Shown: in pieces, positions 9,522 through 16,564 of the stretch
How positions within the stretch are numbered: position 1 is the first letter of the stretch
Layout: the number at the start of each line of letters is the position of its first letter
Source of the DNA: a virus
Lineage: Duplodnaviria > Caudoviricetes
DNA length: 55,218 nucleotides
Virus record (IMG/VR): IMGVR_UViG_3300042337_000069
Coordinates: 1-55,218 of that record
Direction: 5' to 3' (one strand)
Notes under the pieces: model-generated
What the model saw: only the letters and a program-made list of their open reading frames with translations
What the model was told of the DNA's origin: nothing
The model's database searches: none
Position numbers and translations under genes: made by a program

Positions 9522-9953
9522 ATGGCAATCAAAAACATTTACGAAGTCCTTAACGAGTTTAAGGCAGTGAAGACTAAACAAGAAAGGATCGACGTTTTAC
9601 GAAAGAACGATTCTTGGGCGCTCAAGATGGTGCTACAGGCAATCTTTCATCCGAACGTCAAGTTTAATGTCAAAATTCCTGACTATAATAAAATCGATGT
9701 GCCGCCAGGTATGTCATATAATCACATGACCGATGCTCTACAGAGAGCGTATCTGTTTCAAGAAGGTCACCCTAAAACACCACCAGCACTGACCGACAAG
9801 CGCCGAGAAGAAATCCTTATTCAACTTCTCGAATCTCTTGAGCCACCGGAAGCAGAAGTTTTTGCTAACATGCTACGAAAGGATTTGAAAGTTCCATATC
9901 TAACTCAGGCACTAGTGAATGAAACGTTCCCCGGAATACTACCGCAATCGTAA
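9522..9953 (+). CDS. conserved T4-like hypothetical protein
   Basis: KRREEILIQLLESL motif; position after rnh. Confidence 0.7.
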   Translation: MAIKNIYEVLNEFKAVKTKQERIDVLRKNDSWALKMVLQAIFHPNVKFNVKIPDYNKIDVPPGMSYNHMTDALQRAYLFQEGHPKTPPALTDKRREEILIQLLESLEPPEAEVFANMLRKDLKVPYLTQALVNETFPGILPQS

Positions 9954-10323
9954 AAGACTGAAAAACCTAACGTATGATACCGACAACTTCAATACTACAA
10001 TTGACGATATTCATATATGGTTTGATATCCTTAACGAACAGTTGTTCGGTAACAAGTTGCAACCATTTGGTAAAATCTCGCTTAAGCGCCATAAAAATGT
10101 TCATGCGTTGTTTCATTATTGGCCTCGCAAGGAGAACAAGCCAACAATGCTGGAGATTAATCGAAAGTTTGAGAATAAAAAATTCTTTGTCGAAATCCTG
10201 GCACATGAGATGGTTCATCTGTTTCAATACCAATATAATGAACCACTAGGACACGGACCGTCGTTCTTCGTATGGAGTGACAATTTTTATCTCAAAGGGT
10301 TAAAACTACAAAAGGCATCATGA
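9919..10323 (+). CDS. SprT-like zinc metalloprotease
   Basis: ILAHEMVHLFQY...HGPSF (HExxH plus distal H). Confidence 0.8.
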   Translation: MKRSPEYYRNRKRLKNLTYDTDNFNTTIDDIHIWFDILNEQLFGNKLQPFGKISLKRHKNVHALFHYWPRKENKPTMLEINRKFENKKFFVEILAHEMVHLFQYQYNEPLGHGPSFFVWSDNFYLKGLKLQKAS

Positions 10324-10324
10324 C

Positions 10325-10522
10325 ATGAAAAACAAGTCTCCTTCTCTCAAGAATGATCCTCTATATGCAGAGCTATATGAAGAGGACAAAAAATATGGCG
10401 GCAAGCGCCTTGAAAGGCCGCAAACCGAAGTTAATAAGAAGAGACCTTTAAAGAATTTAAAAAAAGCATGGATGGAGCATCTAGAGGACTTTGATGAAGT
10501 GGACGACTTCTATGAGCATTAA
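10325..10522 (+). CDS. hypothetical protein
   Basis: Charged 65-aa ORF. Confidence 0.65.
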   Translation: MKNKSPSLKNDPLYAELYEEDKKYGGKRLERPQTEVNKKRPLKNLKKAWMEHLEDFDEVDDFYEH

Positions 10523-10552
10523 CTAAATTAGAATTGTCTAATATTTGACTTA

Positions 10553-10609
10553 GATCAATTCCTTTATAAAACAATCACTTATAAAAACTCCTTTTAAATC
10601 AAACACTTA
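10553..10609 (+). promoter_or_regulatory. cluster of IHF-like sites
   Basis: AATCAAACACTTA (10597-10609) fits WATCAANNNNTTR; near matches at 10569-10581 and 10553-10565. Confidence 0.4.
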
Positions 10610-10610
10610 G

Positions 10611-10633
10611 AGGTGCGACATTTTGTCGCACCT
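10611..10633. repeat. palindromic promoter-associated element, copy 1
   Basis: AGGTGCGACA-TTT-TGTCGCACCT followed by a T-run. Confidence 0.85.
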
Positions 10634-10650
10634 TTTTTCGCATTTTTCCC

Positions 10651-10679
10651 TTGCGTTTCTCTCCGAATCGTCCTATATT
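10651..10679 (+). promoter_or_regulatory. early sigma70-type promoter
   Basis: TTGCGT-17-TATATT downstream of the palindrome. Confidence 0.6.
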
Positions 10680-10685
10680 ATATGC

Positions 10686-11009
10686 ATGATGATTCGCAAA
10701 CGGAAAACTCGCTCAGATCGCAATCACGTTATCTATAGCTTGGCTATTGGTAAGCGTGAGTATATCGGTGTCACGGTTGTCAATGACCGCTCGCCCACTA
10801 AATCGCTTAAGCGTCGCTGGCAGAAGCATGTTCAGCGGGCTTACGCCGAAGACAAAGGTTGGAAGCTGTCGCTTGCCATTGTCAAGTATGGTCCCGAAGC
10901 GTTCACAGTTGAGGTTGTTCAAGTCGTCCGTGGCAAAGCTGAAGCTCATAAGATAGAGCGTGACCTTATCCGTATCCGCAAGCCTAAGCTTAACACTGAT
11001 GTTAGGTAG
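10686..11009 (+). CDS. GIY-YIG-like endonuclease (early)
   Basis: VIYSL...EYIGVT, RWQKH, E..LI...P.LN; start moved to ATG 10686. Confidence 0.75.
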   Translation: MMIRKRKTRSDRNHVIYSLAIGKREYIGVTVVNDRSPTKSLKRRWQKHVQRAYAEDKGWKLSLAIVKYGPEAFTVEVVQVVRGKAEAHKIERDLIRIRKPKLNTDVR

Positions 11010-11011
11010 GG

Positions 11012-11057
11012 TGCGACAAAATGTCGCATTGACTATCGTTCCGTGTCGTGCTAAGAT
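11012..11057 (+). promoter_or_regulatory. palindrome copy 2 plus early promoter
   Basis: TGCGACA-AAA-TGTCGCA abutting TTGACT-17-TAAGAT (extended TG). Confidence 0.8.
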
Positions 11058-11082
11058 ATGTCAAGAATCGTGAAAGGAATAT

Positions 11083-11313
11083 ATGATGTCGAATGCTCGC
11101 TTCGCTAACAAGGGTCTTCTCAAATCCGACCTTAATACTCTTAATGCCCTCATTAACTATTTTGAGAATGGCGGCACTATCACTGTTTGTAAGGCCGGTA
11201 AGCGTTCTAAGGCTAACACTTCGTTCCCGAATATTCACGGTACAGTTTCCCATCGTGGTGCTAAATCCGAAACTCTTCGCAATTCTGGGATAGTATCTCA
11301 CAAGAAAGGCTGA
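11083..11313 (+). CDS. early hypothetical protein
   Basis: AAGGA RBS; YFENGGTITVCK motif. Confidence 0.7.
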   Translation: MMSNARFANKGLLKSDLNTLNALINYFENGGTITVCKAGKRSKANTSFPNIHGTVSHRGAKSETLRNSGIVSHKKG

Positions 11314-11316
11314 TAA

Positions 11317-11409
11317 ATGAAAAATCGCTTCTATATCTTTCTAATGGAAAATTTTGAAGCGGTATCCGACTTTATCGCTTTTCAAGCTGTCACTAAACTG
11401 GGAGTATAA
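11317..11409 (+). CDS. small hypothetical protein (30 aa)
   Basis: MKNRFYIFLMENFEAVSDFIAFQAVTKLGV. Confidence 0.5.
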   Translation: MKNRFYIFLMENFEAVSDFIAFQAVTKLGV

Positions 11410-11411
11410 GT

Positions 11412-11543
11412 ATGGTCGTCTTCTATTCGATGTGGTATGATCCCATGCATATGAAATACACTTTCACTCGTTATCTCGGAAATCTCATCCTTGACGATGT
11501 TGATATCTCGTATTGGGCTGTTCCTGGAACTCTGGAGGATTGA
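11412..11543 (+). CDS. microprotein of the PGTLED array, unit 1
   Basis: MVVFYSMWYDPMHMKYTFTRYLGNLILDDVDISYWAVPGTLED. Confidence 0.65.
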   Translation: MVVFYSMWYDPMHMKYTFTRYLGNLILDDVDISYWAVPGTLED

Positions 11544-11545
11544 TT

Positions 11546-11692
11546 ATGAATAAGCCGAGAAAGATTATCTCAGGATCATTCTCATATGTTGCAAAAGTCT
11601 CTCGTCAGTATTATATTCTGGGTTGGAGAATCGTAAAGCAGAATCGCTGGTCTGATGGTAAGTGGACTCTTGTTATCGAACTGGAGGATTGA
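11546..11692 (+). CDS. microprotein, array unit 2
   Basis: MNKPRKIISGSFSYVAKVSRQYYILGWRIVKQNRWSDGKWTLVIELED. Confidence 0.65.
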   Translation: MNKPRKIISGSFSYVAKVSRQYYILGWRIVKQNRWSDGKWTLVIELED

Positions 11693-11694
11693 TT

Positions 11695-11814
11695 ATGGTT
11701 ATCTATTACACTCGCTGGCTCAATCTTTTTGTTACTGATTACATTATCAGCGATGTGAAGCCATATAGCTGCGATGCATCCTGGTGGATTGTTCCTGGAA
11801 CTCTGGAGGATTGA
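11695..11814 (+). CDS. microprotein, array unit 3
   Basis: MVIYYTRWLNLFVTDYIISDVKPYSCDASWWIVPGTLED. Confidence 0.65.
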   Translation: MVIYYTRWLNLFVTDYIISDVKPYSCDASWWIVPGTLED

Positions 11815-11923
11815 TTATGATCGTTGTATATTACGCTCCCTGTTTTAACGTTTTTTCTGTTACTGGTTATAATTTCAGCGATGTGAAGCCATATAGCTGC
11901 GATGCATCCTGGTGGATTGTTCC
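11747..11923 (+). repeat. 49-bp exact direct repeat (11747-11795 / 11875-11923)
   Basis: TCAGCGATGTGAAGCCATATAGCTGCGATGCATCCTGGTGGATTGTTCC occurs twice, period 128. Confidence 0.95.
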
Positions 11924-11942
11924 GGGTACTCTGGAGGACTAA
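11817..11942 (+). CDS. microprotein, array unit 4
   Basis: MIVVYYAPCFNVFSVTGYNFSDVKPYSCDASWWIVPGTLED. Confidence 0.65.
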   Translation: MIVVYYAPCFNVFSVTGYNFSDVKPYSCDASWWIVPGTLED

Positions 11943-11943
11943 T

Positions 11944-12111
11944 ATGTTTCTTTTGTTTGCTGGTGATATCTACTACCCCTGTGGTGGTTGGGAAGACTAC
12001 CGTGGTGTGTATGGTTCGGTAGAATTGGCCCGTGCGGCGGTTCAAGAAATGGAAGTAGAATGGTGGCATATAGTCGATGCTGCGGCTGGTCGTATAGTTG
12101 AGGAAGGATAA
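11944..12111 (+). CDS. small phage protein (YYPxGGWED type)
   Basis: Start moved to ATG 11944 after GGAGG. Confidence 0.75.
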   Translation: MFLLFAGDIYYPCGGWEDYRGVYGSVELARAAVQEMEVEWWHIVDAAAGRIVEEG

Positions 12112-12114
12112 ACC

Positions 12115-12318
12115 ATGTTCGTCTATATCGTATTCTATCATATAGCGTATGAGGGAGAATATGTTGAGGGAGTATTCTCATCCTACGATAAGGCTCGTTC
12201 ATTCGAGTTGGAATTGATCGCCAAGAGGGAGATAACGAGAGCCTCTGAATCAACCAGCATTTGTAAGGTTGAGGTGGATAAGGATTATGGGATGAATGGT
12301 GTAGGAGAAGAAGTATGA
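12115..12318 (+). CDS. hypothetical early protein
   Basis: VYIV...YEG...GVFSS motif; RBS. Confidence 0.7.
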   Translation: MFVYIVFYHIAYEGEYVEGVFSSYDKARSFELELIAKREITRASESTSICKVEVDKDYGMNGVGEEV

Positions 12319-12419
12319 TTGACACTGACAAGTTTGTCCAAATGGTCGCACTGGCTGTAGTTTCCGTGGGTCTTACGGTCGGTGTTCTGCTAATCGCTTA
12401 TCTCGATGGAGGTATGTAA
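12315..12419 (+). CDS. small membrane peptide
   Basis: MIDTDKFVQMVALAVVSVGLTVGVLLIAYLDGGM; AGGAG RBS. Confidence 0.55.
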   Translation: MIDTDKFVQMVALAVVSVGLTVGVLLIAYLDGGM

Positions 12420-12592
12420 TGGCCGAAGTAAAAGTTGTTCTTCGTAGAGGCAAAGGTGATCGTTCAAAATATCTTTATGCAAATGTCTATGATGCTAATA
12501 CGGGTGAAATCCTGATCGCAGCGGATGCTGAGTATGTAATTCAATCACTCAAAGAACACAAGCACACAATCGTTGACCTGGAAATGGAGTAA
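12419..12592 (+). CDS. hypothetical protein (57 aa)
   Basis: GGAGG RBS; MAEVKVVLRRG... Confidence 0.6.
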   Translation: MAEVKVVLRRGKGDRSKYLYANVYDANTGEILIAADAEYVIQSLKEHKHTIVDLEME

Positions 12593-12596
12593 TCAA

Positions 12597-12737
12597 ATGA
12601 GCGTTACCATCCGCTTGGACGGCTTTCCGCTTTATGCTTTCGTGTCTGAGTGGATGGTCTTTTGCACCTTCGTTGGTGCGTGTGTCCTCTATTTTATTCT
12701 TCGTAACTACGGTTCTGTGAGGTATACAAATGGCTAA
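12597..12737 (+). CDS. small membrane protein
   Basis: GGAG RBS; hydrophobic core. Confidence 0.5.
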   Translation: MSVTIRLDGFPLYAFVSEWMVFCTFVGACVLYFILRNYGSVRYTNG

Positions 12738-12888
12738 TGTAAAAACATTTTCATTCAAAGTGTTTTATCATAATGGTGATCTAGCAAAAGTTTTCACTGG
12801 TCTATCTCGGGTTGCTCTAATCCGTTATAGAAACTGGTATCACAATCTGCCGGAAGTGTCGGCAACCGTAACAACAGAGGAAGAATAA
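12730..12888 (+). CDS. hypothetical protein (52 aa)
   Basis: GAGG RBS; MANVKTFSFKVFY... Confidence 0.55.
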   Translation: MANVKTFSFKVFYHNGDLAKVFTGLSRVALIRYRNWYHNLPEVSATVTTEEE

Positions 12889-12889
12889 G

Positions 12890-14113
12890 ATGGGTTTTCA
12901 GTTCGTAGGTGGTCAGGGTCGTGCGCCGCTAAAGATGTGGTGTGATGGTGTCGAAGTCGAACATGATGCTCGCACCCAGTTAGAGAACATAGCGTCCCTG
13001 CCGTTCATTTATAAGCATGTGGCGGTTATGCCGGACGTTCACTTGGGTAAGGGTGCAACGGTTGGTTCTGTTATTGCTACGAAGGGTGCTGTTGTTCCCG
13101 CCGCTGTCGGTGTCGATATCGGTTGTGGTATGATGGCTGTTCGTTTGTCACTGACGGCGAATGATTTACCCGACGATCTTTCTTCGCTGCGTTCTCATAT
13201 AGAGTCCGTAGTGCCGCATGGTCGCACCGACAACGGTGGAAAGAATGATCGTGGAACTTGGGGTGTTGTGCCGCAGAAGGTGATTGGTCAGTGGAATCGT
13301 TTAGCTGATCGCTATGCGAAGATTGTCGAAAAGCACCCGAAGATCGCTTCGCATAAGACGGCGGAGTTTATGGGTACCCTGGGAACGGGGAACCACTTTA
13401 TCGAGTTGTGTCTTGACGAGGACGACTGTGTGTGGGTAATGCTGCACTCTGGTTCTCGTGGTGTTGGCAACAAGATTGGTACGTATTTCATTGAAGCTGC
13501 GAAGCGTGAAATGGAGCGTTATCATATCCTGCCGTATCTGCCGGATCAGGACTTATCCTATCTTGTAGAGCATACGACCCTGTTTGATGATTATGTGGAG
13601 GCTGTATCCTGGGCACAGGAGTTTGCTGCTCTCAACCGTCAGGTGATGATGGATGCGGTGCTTGACGTTCTGCGTCAGCGTTTGCCGCTGTTTGTTGTCT
13701 CTGATGATCGTGCGGTGAACTGTCATCACAACTATATTGAAAAGGAGAACCACTTTGGTGCTAACGTTCTCGTAACCCGTAAGGGTGCGGTTCGTGCCCG
13801 TGCTGGCGATCTTGGTATCATACCGGGGTCAATGGGAACTGGTTCTTTTATCGTTCGTGGTAAGGGTAACCAGGAGTCGTTTTGTTCATGTTCTCATGGC
13901 GCTGGTCGTCGTATGTCCCGCACGGCGGCACGTAAGGCAATCACGCTAGAAGATCATATCAAGGCGACCGAGGGTATCGAGTGCCGTAAGGATGCTGATG
14001 TGATTGACGAGTCGCCGGCTGCTTACAAGGATATCGGTGCTGTCATGGCAGCGCAGGACGACCTTGTGGAAATCGTGCATCGTCTTCGTCAGGTCCTGAA
14101 CGTGAAGGGGTAA
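12890..14113 (+). CDS. rtcB: RtcB 3'-phosphate/5'-OH RNA ligase
   Basis: MPDVHLG, VGVDIGCG, GTLGTGNHFIE, HSGSRG, HHNY, PGSMG, SHGAGR, DESPAAYK, NVKG. Confidence 0.96.
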   Translation: MGFQFVGGQGRAPLKMWCDGVEVEHDARTQLENIASLPFIYKHVAVMPDVHLGKGATVGSVIATKGAVVPAAVGVDIGCGMMAVRLSLTANDLPDDLSSLRSHIESVVPHGRTDNGGKNDRGTWGVVPQKVIGQWNRLADRYAKIVEKHPKIASHKTAEFMGTLGTGNHFIELCLDEDDCVWVMLHSGSRGVGNKIGTYFIEAAKREMERYHILPYLPDQDLSYLVEHTTLFDDYVEAVSWAQEFAALNRQVMMDAVLDVLRQRLPLFVVSDDRAVNCHHNYIEKENHFGANVLVTRKGAVRARAGDLGIIPGSMGTGSFIVRGKGNQESFCSCSHGAGRRMSRTAARKAITLEDHIKATEGIECRKDADVIDESPAAYKDIGAVMAAQDDLVEIVHRLRQVLNVKG

Positions 14114-14189
14114 AGCAGAAGCGTAGCAATAACTGTTAGCGAGGACTTAACCATACCAATCACCGACGGTGAGAGAGGAGCAAAAGAGC

Positions 14190-14369
14190 ATGGGTACCCC
14201 GTCTAAACACCGAAAGAGCACCACCGGTGCTGCCAACCCTGTCGCTTTTGCCCTTAAAAGCGGGCAATTCAGACAGCGAATAGTCAAGTCCAAGGTTAAA
14301 TATAACCGTAAGCGTGACCATAAGGGGTGCGACAATCTGTCGCACCCTTTTTTGTATTTTTCCTATTGA
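14190..14369 (+). CDS. ArfA-like alternative ribosome rescue factor candidate (59 aa)
   Basis: GGAG RBS; NPVAFALKSGQFRQRIVKSKVKYNRKRDH resembles the ArfA core as recalled ([32 protein letters not shown]); hydrophobic C-tail. Confidence 0.6.
   Translation: MGTPSKHRKSTTGAANPVAFALKSGQFRQRIVKSKVKYNRKRDHKGCDNLSHPFLYFSY
14325..14353 (+). terminator. intrinsic terminator / palindrome copy 3, inside the ArfA-like ORF
   Basis: GGGTGCGACA-ATC-TGTCGCACCC-TTTTTT, ending 13 nt before the TGA at 14367. Confidence 0.75.
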
Positions 14370-14394
14370 CCTTTCCGTTCCTTCGTGCTAAGAT
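14366..14394 (+). promoter_or_regulatory. early sigma70-type promoter
   Basis: TTGACC-17-TAAGAT; shares CGTGCTAAGATATGT with the promoter at 11029-11057. Confidence 0.75.
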
Positions 14395-14421
14395 ATGTTC
14401 ATAATGATGAAAGGAACCCAT

Positions 14422-14673
14422 ATGAAACTCAATCCCATCTCCACTAATCAGACCGAACTTGAAATTGGCAAGGGTGTTGTCGTTTTCTTCTCTTATAAGA
14501 CTCCTGTTGCTGCCTTTGTGCCTGGTGCTGGTTATCTTCGCACGAATCATAAGTGGTCTCGCACCACTTCGAAACATATCAATCAGTGGCTCCGTCGTAT
14601 GACTGGCACCGCTTCTCCCACTCTTACAGAAGTTGATCAGTCGGTTCTCGACACTCTCGTTGGAGGTATCTAA
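14422..14673 (+). CDS. conserved early phage protein (FSYxTPVA...SRTTSKH type)
   Basis: AAAGGA RBS; motif seen in early proteins of T4-like phages. Confidence 0.75.
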   Translation: MKLNPISTNQTELEIGKGVVVFFSYKTPVAAFVPGAGYLRTNHKWSRTTSKHINQWLRRMTGTASPTLTEVDQSVLDTLVGGI

Positions 14674-14674
14674 T

Positions 14675-14851
14675 ATGTTTTTATTCTATTATGTCGATAA
14701 AAACGGTGAGCGTCATTCTTTTAATCAACTGTCGGAAAGAATGGCAAAACAAATGTATAAGGTCTTTCTTCGTGAAAGCGGTATACATGGTTATAAACAA
14801 ATAGGCTGGCAAAAAGAAGATGGTTCTTATGCCACGGGAACAACCTGCTAA
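14675..14851 (+). CDS. hypothetical protein
   Basis: GGAGG RBS. Confidence 0.65.
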   Translation: MFLFYYVDKNGERHSFNQLSERMAKQMYKVFLRESGIHGYKQIGWQKEDGSYATGTTC

Positions 14852-14863
14852 AGGAGATATCTA

Positions 14864-15082
14864 ATGCGTAAATATACGAATAAGATTATCGAAATGGTCG
14901 ATGAAGGTTCTCTGGATCGTGATACTCTTATCCGTGACTTGCTCATGTGGATGAGTGAGTATGATGTGGAAGAGTTTTATGATCGTAATCTTAATGATGA
15001 TGAGGACGAAGACGAGGAGGACGATTATGACGGCCAGCCGTCCGAAATGGACGAGTGGCACGACTTCGATCCAGACTGCTAA
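14864..15082 (+). CDS. acidic hypothetical protein
   Basis: AAGGAG RBS; C-terminal DGQPSEMDEWHDFDPDC. Confidence 0.75.
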   Translation: MRKYTNKIIEMVDEGSLDRDTLIRDLLMWMSEYDVEEFYDRNLNDDEDEDEEDDYDGQPSEMDEWHDFDPDC

Positions 15083-15154
15083 TAGTCTATAGAAAGGGTA
15101 GACTATTGAATAGTCAAGCCAGAGGTAGACTACTCTACCATTTCTATAGACTAT
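15082..15154. repeat. nested inverted repeat
   Basis: ATAGTCTATAGAAA...TTTCTATAGACTAT (14 bp) enclosing GACTATT-G-AATAGTC and GGTAGA-CTAC-TCTACC. Confidence 0.8.
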
Positions 15155-15223
15155 GGGTGCGTCATCGTGTCGCACCCTAACCGGGATATTTCCCTTGACT
15201 CCTTCCCAAAAGTGTCCTATTAT
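15155..15223 (+). promoter_or_regulatory. palindrome copy 4 plus early promoter
   Basis: GGGTGCGTCA-TCG-TGTCGCACCC, then TTGACT-17-TATTAT. Confidence 0.8.
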
Positions 15224-15256
15224 AGATCATAAAGTGAAAAGCGAGGTCTTAACAAT

Positions 15257-15808
15257 ATGGCTAATCTGACTATCTCCCCCACTATCGTCAAGGCGCTTCA
15301 AGTTATCAAGTTGAATGTTCCTGTTACTCCGACTGAAATTAATGATCATGTCGGTGATGGCGACTATGCTTCTAAACATGTCTGGTATCTCGGTAAGCTC
15401 GGCTTCACTGTGACAAAGCAGAAAGACGGCCGCAAGGTTTCGTCTTATACTTTGATCGCAGAACCCGAAAATGCCGAAGCAATTCGCAACACTATTCACG
15501 GCGCTGCCCGTAAGGCGGCCGCCCCCAAGGCACCCAAAGCGCCTAAGGCGACTAAAGCGCCCAAGGTTGTTGCTCCCAAGAAAGCGGCGACTAAGACTGC
15601 TGCTCCCAAGAAGGTTGCTGCCAAGAAGTCGGTTGCCGAAATCAAGGCTGCTAATCTCGCTAAACTCAAGGCTGTCGGTGCTAAGTTCAAGGCCGATCGT
15701 CCCATGACCGATGCGGATATTCTTCGTGACGAGCCGAAGGCTACCACTTTCTCGCTCGACGGTGATTGGGATTCTATCGACGGTCTCGATCTTTCGAAAC
15801 TTATCTAA
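15257..15808 (+). CDS. putative DNA-binding protein: wHTH-like N-terminus plus histone H1-like Lys/Ala/Pro repeats
   Basis: APKAPKAPKATKAPKVVAPKKAATKTAAPKKVAAKK; acidic C-terminus. Confidence 0.7.
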   Translation: MANLTISPTIVKALQVIKLNVPVTPTEINDHVGDGDYASKHVWYLGKLGFTVTKQKDGRKVSSYTLIAEPENAEAIRNTIHGAARKAAAPKAPKAPKATKAPKVVAPKKAATKTAAPKKVAAKKSVAEIKAANLAKLKAVGAKFKADRPMTDADILRDEPKATTFSLDGDWDSIDGLDLSKLI

Positions 15809-15819
15809 TAGGTGACTTG

Positions 15820-16173
15820 ATGCATCTCAAGGTAAAGGTCAAAAACCCAGAATATCCGTTTCGGCATCGCTATGCGAGTTATGTCGTTATTCCTGAGTTC
15901 AATACCTATATCGGACAGGTCGTCAAGTCAAAGCCGAAAGGCATATCAGATAAGCAATTCATGCTTACAACCGGAGACTATGAATCTCCGGTTCGTATTC
16001 TGGAGAAAGACTCGATTGTAGAGGCTTGGGTCAATCGTTCGAAGTGTCAAACAAATGTCCATATCATCGAAGATAAGTATGTGGTGACGCAAGGTCCTCT
16101 CAATCGTTATTCTTGCACTTGCACCGCATATCATTATCGTCGTCGTTGTTCCCACATAGATGGAGTGAAATAA
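15820..16173 (+). CDS. SWIM zinc-finger protein
   Basis: CTCTAYHYRRRCSHI. Confidence 0.75.
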   Translation: MHLKVKVKNPEYPFRHRYASYVVIPEFNTYIGQVVKSKPKGISDKQFMLTTGDYESPVRILEKDSIVEAWVNRSKCQTNVHIIEDKYVVTQGPLNRYSCTCTAYHYRRRCSHIDGVK

Positions 16174-16361
16174 TGCGCTGGTTCTTTGAATATATGTTCC
16201 CCGTCGTATTCGGTCTCATGCTTGTGTTTGTATTCGGCATGATTGGTGTCAATATGTATCTCGGGTATCAGTGTTACAAGTCTAATGATCCGACTAGCAC
16301 TGCCTGTTTTATGGTGACTGCTAATCAACAGACTATCAACCTGAATCAGAGGATGCAGTAA
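16173..16361 (+). CDS. small membrane protein
   Basis: Hydrophobic N-half; GGAG RBS. Confidence 0.6.
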   Translation: MRWFFEYMFPVVFGLMLVFVFGMIGVNMYLGYQCYKSNDPTSTACFMVTANQQTINLNQRMQ

Positions 16362-16564
16362 TGATGTATTATGTTCTTCACTTTGATAAAGGTGAATTTG
16401 TAATTCACCCGACTGCTGAAAAGGTTGCTACCTACCTTTTAGGTAAATCTGTCAATCATGTTATAATCTTCAAGGCTATTCCTGAATTTGTTGGTGCAAA
16501 GATATATATTCCTTCTGACGGTGATGTGACAAAGATTCAAGAGGAATTGGAGGCTCTATTATGA
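16361..16564 (+). CDS. hypothetical protein
   Basis: Coupled ORF. Confidence 0.65.
   Translation: MMYYVLHFDKGEFVIHPTAEKVATYLLGKSVNHVIIFKAIPEFVGAKIYIPSDGDVTKIQEELEALL

Noticed and set aside
10623-10685. Track start of the GIY-YIG ORF at 10623
   Set aside because: The extension runs through the palindrome and promoter; ATG 10686 is more plausible
11412-11942. CRISPR array or DGR template/variable repeat pair
   Set aside because: Units are 120-150 bp open reading frames with RBSs, differences are not confined to adenines, and no cas or reverse transcriptase gene is in the window
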